This document shows positions 37,630 to 45,426 of a stretch of 64,000 nucleotides of DNA, in pieces; positions within the stretch are counted from its first letter, which is position 1, and every line of letters starts with the position of its first letter. Source of the stretch: an uncultured Pseudomonadota bacterium. Its GTDB lineage: Bacteria > Pseudomonadota > Alphaproteobacteria > Rs-D84. The notes under the pieces were generated by a model. The model saw only the letters and a list, made by a program, of their open reading frames with translations, made no database searches and was not told the origin of the DNA. Both the position numbers and the translations under genes were made by a program. Location: assembly GCA_949298405.1 (NCBI GenBank), contig CASFWA010000001.1, positions 210,023-274,022 of the forward strand. The letters are read 5' to 3'.

Positions 37630-37875
37630 TTATACGATTGTTTGCTGCTTTTGTTCTTCTATGTTCGCGATAGAGAATAAAACAGAAGATATTAATGATT
37701 GATATGGTACGTGCTGTTTTTCTGCCAACTGTTTTATGCTGTCTAAAACAGGGCGTGGAATACGCATGTTTATTACGCAGTCTGATTTGTTAAATGTTTT
37801 ATATGCTGCGTACTCTTTTAATAAAGATTCCATGTTCATTATAAACAGTTGCTGCATAACGTTTGGCATATACAC
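37630..37875 (-). CDS. Ribbon-helix-helix (CopG/BrnA-like) DNA-binding protein
   Basis: INMRIP..VLDSIKQLAEKQHVPYQSLISSVL. Confidence 0.75.
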   Translation of the reverse strand: MYMPNVMQQLFIMNMESLLKEYAAYKTFNKSDCVINMRIPRPVLDSIKQLAEKQHVPYQSLISSVLFSIANIEEQKQQTIV

Positions 37876-37916
37876 AATCTCCTATACGAACCACAATACC
37901 ATAGTCTTTACAAGTG

Positions 37917-38010
37917 ACTATAACATTGTATTGGCATTTGTCAATACATTTGTGATTGCAGGTGTGATGGCTTTTGTAATGTCGTGTGTGATGGCGTTTG
38001 TGTTGAGTAT
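37917..38010 (-). promoter_or_regulatory. Promoter of the RHH-DinD operon embedded in a 7 x 12-bp periodic array
   Basis: Minus-strand TTGACA(37944-37939)-N16-TATAGT with extended TG; TGT recurs every 12 bp from 37927 to 37999. Confidence 0.7.
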
Positions 38011-38173
38011 TGGCGGAAGAGGGTGGTTTTGTGTTCTTTTATTGTTTTATTGTTTTGTTTTTAGGTGCATGTTTAGGAATCTTTTTATTTGATAAAATCG
38101 GGGTGTGTGCCTTGCTTTTTTGTAAATATGCATATAAAATTACAACGAAATCTTTTTGGGAAAGGAATTTAAA

Positions 38174-39493
38174 ATGTTAAGAAAAATATTATCCTTGTTT
38201 GTGGTATGTTTTTTTACGGTATCGCCTGCGTTCGCAGAATTGAAGGTTGATATTATTGCAGGTGCAACAGAACCCATTTCTGTTGCTGTGCAAAAGTTTG
38301 AAACAGTTGGGAAAGTGTCTTCTGATGATGCGGCGATGATACGTGAAGTTGTAGAAAATGATTTAAAGTCTACGGGGCTATTTAGAATTGTTTCTCATGA
38401 TGCGCTGCCAGAGTTTGTAAAAATGGGTAATATGCCAGATTTTAATTTGTGGATGGCGATTAAAGCACAGGTTTTAGTTCAGGCAAAGTTGTCCGCAGAA
38501 TCAGACGGTAAATATAATCTAGAATTTTATGTATGGGATGTTAATGGGAAAGAGCAAATAGAGGCTCAAAGTTTAGTGGCATCAAAAAAGTCTGCACGTA
38601 GATTGGCGCATATCATGGCAGATGCTATTTATGAAAGACTAACAGGTGAAATTGGTTATTTTGATACGCAAATAGTATTTATTGCGGAAACGGGGCCGGT
38701 TCATAATCGTGTGAAACGTATGGCAATTATGGACCAAGATGGGTATGGGTTGCGTTATTTGTCTGATAAAAAGACTTTTGTTATGTCGCCTCATTTTTCG
38801 CCCAATATGCAAACTATCGTATTCTTATCCTTTAAAGACGATGACCCGATGGTTTGGACTTTGGACTTAGATACTGGTGAACAAAGAAGATTAGGACAGT
38901 TTGGTGGAATGAACTTTGCACCTCGTTTCTCGCCAGATGGCTCAAAAATTGCATTGTCCTTGGTAAAAAATGGAATTACGCATATATATGAATATGATAT
39001 TGAATCTAAATCTTTAAAGCAGTTAACGTTTGGGAACTCTTTAAATACAAGTCCTTCTTATTCCCCAGATGGAAAAAAGTTAGCGTTTAACTCTGACCGT
39101 AGTGGTAATCAGCAGATTTATGTCTTGGATTTGGAAAGCGGCGAAGTAGAACGTTTGACTTATGGAGCAGGGCGATATGCAACACCTGCATGGTCACCAG
39201 ATGGGCAGTTTATAGCGTTTACAAAAATGGCAGACGATACTTTTTATATCGGTATTATGGACCCACGCGGAAGAAATGAAAAAATATTAGCAGGTGGTTG
39301 GTATATGGAAGCGCCTTCGTGGGCACCAGGGTCACGTCGCGTTGTTTATTATGAAACAGAACGTGCGCTGGACGGTATTGAACGCATTAGTCATATTCGT
39401 AGCGTCGATATTACTGGTAGAAATGTTTATGACATAGAATTACCAGACGATGTAAATGGTGTAGAACCTACTTGGTCACCTCGTTTGCCTTGA
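38174..39493 (+). CDS. tolB: Tol-Pal system beta-propeller protein
   Basis: Signal peptide, AH..ADAIYERLTGE.GYFDT, MDQDG, repeated P.(F/W)SPDG. Confidence 0.95.
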   Translation: MLRKILSLFVVCFFTVSPAFAELKVDIIAGATEPISVAVQKFETVGKVSSDDAAMIREVVENDLKSTGLFRIVSHDALPEFVKMGNMPDFNLWMAIKAQVLVQAKLSAESDGKYNLEFYVWDVNGKEQIEAQSLVASKKSARRLAHIMADAIYERLTGEIGYFDTQIVFIAETGPVHNRVKRMAIMDQDGYGLRYLSDKKTFVMSPHFSPNMQTIVFLSFKDDDPMVWTLDLDTGEQRRLGQFGGMNFAPRFSPDGSKIALSLVKNGITHIYEYDIESKSLKQLTFGNSLNTSPSYSPDGKKLAFNSDRSGNQQIYVLDLESGEVERLTYGAGRYATPAWSPDGQFIAFTKMADDTFYIGIMDPRGRNEKILAGGWYMEAPSWAPGSRRVVYYETERALDGIERISHIRSVDITGRNVYDIELPDDVNGVEPTWSPRLP

Positions 39494-39906
39494 TGAGTAT
39501 GCGGATTATTTGTTTTGGTTTGATGTTGTGTGTGGCAGGCGCTGCTTATGCGGTTCCTGCCACTGTTGATTATATTTTTGACGGTGATACTTTTGCAGCA
39601 ACCGTGCACTTAGATGACGAAGTCGATGTTTCTACGCGCGTTCGCTTGATGAATGTTGATACTCCAGAAATTCATGGTATGTGTGAACGTGAAATAGATA
39701 TGGCTAATCGTGCCAAAAATCGGCTCGCTGAATTGTTGCCAATAGGAAGTAAAGTTGAACTAAAAAGTATAAAAGATGATAAATATCTGGGCAGAATAGA
39801 TGCTTATGTTTTGATAGATGGTAAAAAGGATGTTGGCGAGATTTTAATAAAAGAAAATTTAGGGCGAGCATATAGTGGTGGGCGACGTGAAAGCTGGTGC
39901 GAATAG
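39493..39906 (+). CDS. Thermonuclease (SNase-like) family protein, secreted
   Basis: DGDT, RVRL.NVDTPE, DKYLGR, Y.GG.R.SWC; TGATG overlap with tolB. Confidence 0.88.
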   Translation: MSMRIICFGLMLCVAGAAYAVPATVDYIFDGDTFAATVHLDDEVDVSTRVRLMNVDTPEIHGMCEREIDMANRAKNRLAELLPIGSKVELKSIKDDKYLGRIDAYVLIDGKKDVGEILIKENLGRAYSGGRRESWCE

Positions 39907-40009
39907 GAATATTTACTTGTATAAACAAATTGAATAACTTTTATGTGTCTAGTATAATTAGAATAAACACTTGCTTTTTTGCGGTGTTTGTATTTTTAGA
40001 GAGAATGAT

Positions 40010-40252
40010 ATGACACATAATGATGTATGGTCTGCTATAGATAAGTTGGCCAGAAAAAATAAAATTTCTTGTTCAAAATTGGCTCTTTCAAGTGGTTTAG
40101 ATGCAACAACTTTTAATAAAAGTAAAAGGTATTCTGTTTTCGGCAAGCCACGTTGGCCATCTATGCATAGTATTTCGAAAATATTAGAATCTACTTCAAC
40201 TTCGCCGACTGAATTTGCGGCTTTTATAGAAGATAATAAACAAGAACGCTAA
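40010..40252 (+). CDS. Helix-turn-helix regulator (N-terminal domain of alphaproteobacterial S24/phage-repressor-like family)
   Basis: W.AID.LA...S.S.LA..SGLD.TTFNKSKR...G.PRWPS..SI.KIL; no C-terminal peptidase domain. Confidence 0.75.
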   Translation: MTHNDVWSAIDKLARKNKISCSKLALSSGLDATTFNKSKRYSVFGKPRWPSMHSISKILESTSTSPTEFAAFIEDNKQER

Positions 40253-40280
40253 AATTTTACCCCCGCAATGGCGGGGGATT

Positions 40281-40859
40281 TTAGTTGCTGTAGTAGCAAT
40301 TGCTGGGGGTAAAAACGTATGTCCCTGCACTATCGGATAAATTTGTGTTTGCAGGTATATAACAATTCGTTATTGTTTGGGTTCCTGACGCGGAATTTCC
40401 GGATATGCCATCCAGTGAAGGGCATTTTATGCATCCTGAAGTTCCGTTGGTTGAAGAACCATAATATCCCTCTGCGCATCTGTACTCTGTCTTTTTACTG
40501 CATATGCAGGTTAAGGTATTGCAATTTGCAACAGTTCTTTTTTGGTAGCCGGTTGAATGGTTTGACCAACTGCTTGTTTCGCAATCTGGACAACCAGAAG
40601 AACAATCTGGATATGGCGTACATATTCCTGGAAAACTGTGGGATAAGTCACAATAAAAACCGTTTCTGCAGTCTGTTGTTTCATAGCAAGAACTTCCACT
40701 GCCACCATCTCCGTTCTCTATACATATACCGCTGGAACAATCGGCGTCGAAGACACAAAGGCTTCCATCATCTGGGCCACCAGAACATGTACCAGATAGG
40801 GATTCTGTCGGTACAAATAATATTGTACATAACGTTAGAGGTATAAAAATTTTTTTCAT
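40281..40859 (-). CDS. Secreted Cys-rich protein (shares C-terminal domain with 33990-34601)
   Basis: MKKIFI signal peptide; about 20 Cys; C-terminal CIKCP...SASG..TITNCYIP...SDSAG...CYY. Confidence 0.8.
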   Translation of the reverse strand: MKKIFIPLTLCTILFVPTESLSGTCSGGPDDGSLCVFDADCSSGICIENGDGGSGSSCYETTDCRNGFYCDLSHSFPGICTPYPDCSSGCPDCETSSWSNHSTGYQKRTVANCNTLTCICSKKTEYRCAEGYYGSSTNGTSGCIKCPSLDGISGNSASGTQTITNCYIPANTNLSDSAGTYVFTPSNCYYSN

Positions 40860-40888
40860 TCAAGCTCTCCTTGTTTTTGATGAAAATC

Positions 40889-41068
40889 AAAAAACCGCCG
40901 AATTCGTGTAGGCGGTTGGAGGCTTGAAACTATCTTATAAAATAGCGGGCTTATTTAATTATATCGCCACCCTCCAACCTTTTATAAGTTGGAGTTGTTT
41001 ACATACTATCGCAATGCAACGCGTTATAAGAGAGGTTTCAAGTCCTCGTCCAGGGAATACCCCTAGAC
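40889..41068 (-). ncRNA. C4 antisense RNA-like structured leader/attenuator, copy B
   Basis: 5' hairpin GTCTAGGG-gtatt-CCCTGGAC; a1 hairpin GAGG-acttgaaa-CCTC; b1 CTTATAA; core 40979-40911 (GGTTGGAGG...CCTCCAACC-G-CC); terminator AACCGCC/GGCGGTT-TTTT. Confidence 0.78.
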
Positions 41069-41074
41069 AAATTT

Positions 41075-41103
41075 AGTGTAGTATAAAATTTTTTATCTGT
41101 AAA
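41075..41103 (-). promoter_or_regulatory. Sigma70-like promoter of leader B
   Basis: TTTACA-N17-TACACT, 6 nt upstream of the first hairpin. Confidence 0.65.
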
Positions 41104-41140
41104 GATTAAAAGAAATCGCCCCGTAACACGGGGCGTTTTC

Positions 41141-41848
41141 TTATGCACTATGACGATTTATTGCTTCACTTATTTCTTCCAAGGACGCATTACATGGAAG
41201 TAGCGGTTCAAACCAGACGTTTGCTGTCCCGCTGCGGATTTGACCGTGTTTGGGCCAATATAGACCTGCATCTGTGCCAACTGGTAAAATAGGTAATTTT
41301 AATTGATGTGCTAAAAATAACAAACCACGTTTAAGAGGTATCTTTTGACCAGGTTTTGCACGCGTTCCTTCTGGGAATATTATTAATATTTTTCCATCCA
41401 TTATTTTTTCTGCTACTGCATTAGTTAATTTTTGCATGTTTGTTGCACCACGTGCGCGATTTACAGGTTGTAAACCCATGCGCCAAAATGCCCAACCATA
41501 AATAGGTATCCATAATAATTCACGTTTTATTATGAAAAACGCGTTTGGAACAACCTTAGATAATATCGCTATTTCTAAAATAGACATATGCTTTGCAGCG
41601 ATTATCGCTTTGCCGTCTAGACGAATGTTGCCATTTGGTGCAACTGGAACACCGTTTTCTTCCAATAGTGGATAGTGGACTGTGTATTTTATGCCTGCAA
41701 CTAATCGGGCAACCATCAAAACCCCATATGCACATGTTAATACTAAAAACGTATTTAGTTTTTTTGATATTAAACCGATAAGTAATATCGGAGACCACAA
41801 TACAAAATATATGCCTAGTACCGTTTTAAAAATAATTGTTTTTAACAT
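41141..41848 (-). CDS. plsC: 1-acyl-sn-glycerol-3-phosphate acyltransferase
   Basis: KHMSILE (HxxxxD/E), KRELLWIP, FPEGTR. Confidence 0.9.
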   Translation of the reverse strand: MLKTIIFKTVLGIYFVLWSPILLIGLISKKLNTFLVLTCAYGVLMVARLVAGIKYTVHYPLLEENGVPVAPNGNIRLDGKAIIAAKHMSILEIAILSKVVPNAFFIIKRELLWIPIYGWAFWRMGLQPVNRARGATNMQKLTNAVAEKIMDGKILIIFPEGTRAKPGQKIPLKRGLLFLAHQLKLPILPVGTDAGLYWPKHGQIRSGTANVWFEPLLPCNASLEEISEAINRHSA

Positions 41849-41851
41849 TTT

Positions 41852-42361
41852 TTACCCTTCTTTTATTCCCATCATTGTTGCGATGTATTTTATATATTCT
41901 ATAGTCCATCTTTCAAGTCTTTTTGTTGTTGGCATGCCAGTTAATGGTACGGGACATGCAACTATTTCTGATTCTGGTAATTCTTGTTTGATTAAGTACT
42001 TTGCTCGGTTCATATGGTCTTCGGTTGTTATTATTACAAGTCTGTCTAAACCCGCACGATTTGCAATTTCTTTTATTGCAAGGGCGTTTTCATATGTTGA
42101 CTTGGAGTCTGATTCAATCGTGACTTTCTTTGCCATTTCATAAGAGCCTTGGGCGCCAGCACCAATAATGTAAAGGTCTGCATCTGGGTGTTGGCGTAAT
42201 TGACGCATCGCAAATGGTATTCTGCGTACATCGCCAGTTAAAACAAATATACTGTCGTCTGGTAATATAGTTGCACAATTGCTGGGGGCCATTGATTTAA
42301 ACATCAAACCTCCTAAAACAAAACAACTAAGTAATAATAAAGACGGTGTCAGAAGTTTCAT
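41852..42361 (-). CDS. YdcF (DUF218) family protein
   Basis: VLTG...RI, STYENA, ITT..HM.RA, EY.KY; TAATG overlap with ftsX. Confidence 0.85.
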   Translation of the reverse strand: MKLLTPSLLLLSCFVLGGLMFKSMAPSNCATILPDDSIFVLTGDVRRIPFAMRQLRQHPDADLYIIGAGAQGSYEMAKKVTIESDSKSTYENALAIKEIANRAGLDRLVIITTEDHMNRAKYLIKQELPESEIVACPVPLTGMPTTKRLERWTIEYIKYIATMMGIKEG

Positions 42362-43203
42362 TAGTTGTCTTTTAGGATATTTAATGTCGTTTTCTTCGTT
42401 ATCCATATCGCAAAAATTATAATTGCAATAGGTAATAATAGTAGTAGTAACCAACCTGTCCCGGAAATATTAAGCATTGCCATAAGGCCAACGCGGGCGC
42501 TGTGCGCGGTTGATAATATTAAAAGCAAAATCGGGGCGGCTACTAAAAAGCCAGATGCTGAAGCAATAATACTAATTTTCGCAATTATTATTTGCATTTG
42601 GTGTGCTACGAAATTGTCACTGGCACCAATTTGATTTAATATCTCTAATTCACGTTTATGCAATAATGCGGTATTCCGTGCAATATAAGAAATGCAGATG
42701 CCGATTGCACCCAGTGTCAGAATTAATACAAATGTTGAAATGAATATCATTTTCCAACCCGCAGAAGTTGAACTTTTTAATGCCTCTGCATGAGTTAAAA
42801 ATCTTGCATGTTTTGATATTTGCGTACCCACATTTTCTAAATCTGATGTACTTTTGAATTTTAATTCATACATTTTGGGAAGGTAGTTTTCTAATGCGTC
42901 GCCGCCGCCAGAAAGCCATGGACGCATTAAATCTTTCATTTGTTCTGTGGAAATTTCATTGGCTTCGATTATTTTGTCCTTATTTTCATCTAATATTTTT
43001 TTTACATTTTGATTGTTTTCAGGATTCATTATTTGAACTGTGGCAAATAAGTCCCATTGCGTGTTCCAGCGCATTACACCTGTGCCAATGGATAGAGATA
43101 TGCCCAAGGCCAAAACTGCAAGAAATGTTAATAACGCCATGATGGCGGTCATAAAAATTGATTGCTCTTGAACTAATGAAAATACAATAGGTTTTTTTGT
43201 CAT
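42361..43203 (-). CDS. ftsX: Cell division ABC transporter permease
   Basis: Four TM helices, LP in periplasmic domain, ELEIL.QIGASD.FV; follows ftsE. Confidence 0.85.
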   Translation of the reverse strand: MTKKPIVFSLVQEQSIFMTAIMALLTFLAVLALGISLSIGTGVMRWNTQWDLFATVQIMNPENNQNVKKILDENKDKIIEANEISTEQMKDLMRPWLSGGGDALENYLPKMYELKFKSTSDLENVGTQISKHARFLTHAEALKSSTSAGWKMIFISTFVLILTLGAIGICISYIARNTALLHKRELEILNQIGASDNFVAHQMQIIIAKISIIASASGFLVAAPILLLILSTAHSARVGLMAMLNISGTGWLLLLLLPIAIIIFAIWITKKTTLNILKDN

Positions 43204-43988
43204 GCTTTCTCTATATCGTCAAATTGTTTAGATAATTCTGTAAAATAATTTTGAGGTTTTGGACCCTTCCATATTTTCTTAGTTTCTTGTGTTTCGTTTT
43301 TTATACCCGAGCCCCCAAGAAAACTTACCTTGTGATTTTCAACATGAATGACGGGAAATTTGTATGTGTCCATAAGTTTTGTGCTGTGGGTCGCCAATAT
43401 TATAGTGGTTCCAAATGTTTTGTTCATTTGAATAAATAATTCCATCAAGCGTGACGCGTTTTCATCGTCAAGATTACCAGTCGGTTCGTCCGCAAGTAAA
43501 ATTGAAGGCTGTATTATTATAGCACGCGCAACGGAAACCCTTTGCTGTTGACCGCCAGATAGGGTTTTGGGGTTTGCGTCTGCATATTTACCAAGTCCTA
43601 CCCATTCTAATGTTTTTGTCACTAATTTTTTTATCTTTGATTCTGGTAAACCGCGTACGCGTAAGGGCAGGGCAACATTATCAAATACGGACATGTGTGA
43701 TAGTAGTGAATATTCTTGAAATACTATAGCCATTTTATGTCGTAATTTTGTTATATCGTCACGCGTCATATTATTTGTCGCTTGGCCGAATAGTTTTATC
43801 TGACCGCGACAAGGTTTGTGTAATTGATAAATTAGGCGCAATAAGGTTGTTTTTCCTGCGCCAGATGCGCCAGAAAGAAAATAAAATGCACCGTTGCTGA
43901 TATTAAATGATACATCAGACAATACCTCGCGGGCATTGTCATATTTTGCACCAACATTTGCAAAAGAAATTGCGGTATTGTCTTCCAT
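43200..43988 (-). CDS. ftsE: Cell division ATP-binding protein
   Basis: GASGAGKT, VFDNVALPL, LSGGQQQRV, ADEPTGNLD, ATH. Confidence 0.9.
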   Translation of the reverse strand: MEDNTAISFANVGAKYDNAREVLSDVSFNISNGAFYFLSGASGAGKTTLLRLIYQLHKPCRGQIKLFGQATNNMTRDDITKLRHKMAIVFQEYSLLSHMSVFDNVALPLRVRGLPESKIKKLVTKTLEWVGLGKYADANPKTLSGGQQQRVSVARAIIIQPSILLADEPTGNLDDENASRLMELFIQMNKTFGTTIILATHSTKLMDTYKFPVIHVENHKVSFLGGSGIKNETQETKKIWKGPKPQNYFTELSKQFDDIEKA

Positions 43989-44084
43989 AAATTAGATAGT
44001 AGTAAAAAAAGATATATAGGTCAAGTTTTCAAGCCCATTTTTACTGATTGACAAATTAAAAAAACGCGCTTTCACGCGTTTTTT

Positions 44085-44486
44085 CTATTCTTCTACAACT
44101 TTGGTTGTTGCATTTCTATTCTTTGCCCAGACTTCTTCGCCCGTACCTGGATATTGTGGACGTTCCTTGCCATAAGAAATTGTTTTTACTCTTTCTGGTT
44201 CAATTCCTTCTTTTATTAAAACGTGTGCTGCGTTGCCTGCACGTAAAGCGCCCAGAGCCAAGTTGTATTCAGTTGAACCGCGTTCGTCACAATGGCCTTC
44301 CATTATTACATTTATTTCTGGATTTTTTTTCATGTACAATGCTTGTTCGGATAAATTTTCCTGTGAAGCATCACTGATTACAGCAGAATCAAATGCAAAG
44401 AAAACTTTGTCATCGTTAATGTTGCTAGGAACGCTGCTGCATGCTGCTAAACTTATTGTTAGCATACAAAATAGAAATTTTTTCAT
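44085..44486 (-). CDS. pal: Peptidoglycan-associated lipoprotein
   Basis: Lipobox LAAC; FAFDS, EGHCDERGS.EYNLALG..RA, ISYGKERP, NR. Confidence 0.92.
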   Translation of the reverse strand: MKKFLFCMLTISLAACSSVPSNINDDKVFFAFDSAVISDASQENLSEQALYMKKNPEINVIMEGHCDERGSTEYNLALGALRAGNAAHVLIKEGIEPERVKTISYGKERPQYPGTGEEVWAKNRNATTKVVEE

Positions 44487-44631
44487 TTTTCCCCTCAGTC
44501 TTACTATATTGTGTAATTACCTATATGAAATTTAGCAAATTTTTTTAAAAGATGTCAATATTTTGTTTTTTTATGCTTTGGAATGAATGCCGTTTTGTGA
44601 TAGAATGGGTAAAAAAGTAGGAGTGTTTAAA

Positions 44632-45363
44632 ATGAAAAAAGTTATTTCCGTTTTAGGTTTGTTTAGTTTGGTCGCAACCGCAGCAAATGCGGCACCCAGT
44701 CATATTATGCGTGATTCCAACGGTGGGTATCTTGTCACATATGATTATACGGATAAGGCAAAAACTGGTTGGTATGTCGGTGCGCGCGCAGATTTAAATT
44801 TTCTGAATTGGGAAAATAAATATAGCGTAGATTCTGGGCTGACTGCTTCGGAAGACTATGCTTCGGATAAATATTCTTTTGAACCTGTTTTTGGTGGTAG
44901 TGTTTTTGCAGGTCGTAGTTTCTCATATTTTTGGCGTGCTGAATTAGAAGCAGGTTATATGGGTTATTTCGAAGATAAAGATGGTGAATCTGAATTTACT
45001 ATGCAGATACCTTATTTAATGGTTAATGGATATTATGATTTCACAAATGGTTTGTATTTAGGCGCAGGCGTTGGTGTTGCTATGCCTATTACAACAATTG
45101 ATTTGGGTGCTACTTTGGCTACAACGGATGGAAGTGACCGTAAAGAATATGGTTTTGCACCTATGGCTGGGGTTATGTTGGGATATTCACATAAATTGGA
45201 TGACAATTTAGTTTTAGATGTTCGTTATCGTTTAGCTGGAATGACCGGTTTGGATCAGCGTGTAAATATGTTTATTGAAGGTGAAAATTCTCATTGGTTT
45301 CAAAATGATATAGATTTTATTTTGGATAATTCTATATCAATTGGTTTGAGATATGAATTTTAG
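44632..45363 (+). CDS. Outer-membrane beta-barrel protein (8-stranded OmpA/Opa-like)
   Basis: Signal peptide, RAELE.GY, NGYYDF, LD..YR, terminal GLRYEF. Confidence 0.85.
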   Translation: MKKVISVLGLFSLVATAANAAPSHIMRDSNGGYLVTYDYTDKAKTGWYVGARADLNFLNWENKYSVDSGLTASEDYASDKYSFEPVFGGSVFAGRSFSYFWRAELEAGYMGYFEDKDGESEFTMQIPYLMVNGYYDFTNGLYLGAGVGVAMPITTIDLGATLATTDGSDRKEYGFAPMAGVMLGYSHKLDDNLVLDVRYRLAGMTGLDQRVNMFIEGENSHWFQNDIDFILDNSISIGLRYEF

Positions 45364-45426
45364 TATAGGAAAACAGTTGACCCGATTCGCAAAAATGTGA
45401 TATTATGTGATACGTAGAGAGAATAA

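Noticed and set aside
37927..38010. CRISPR array
   Set aside because: Units are 12 bp, degenerate and without spacers; no cas genes in the window
37736..38092. 118-aa hydrophobic + strand ORF
   Set aside because: Overlaps the RHH gene antisense; its 4-residue periodicity is a by-product of the 12-bp array and it has no RBS
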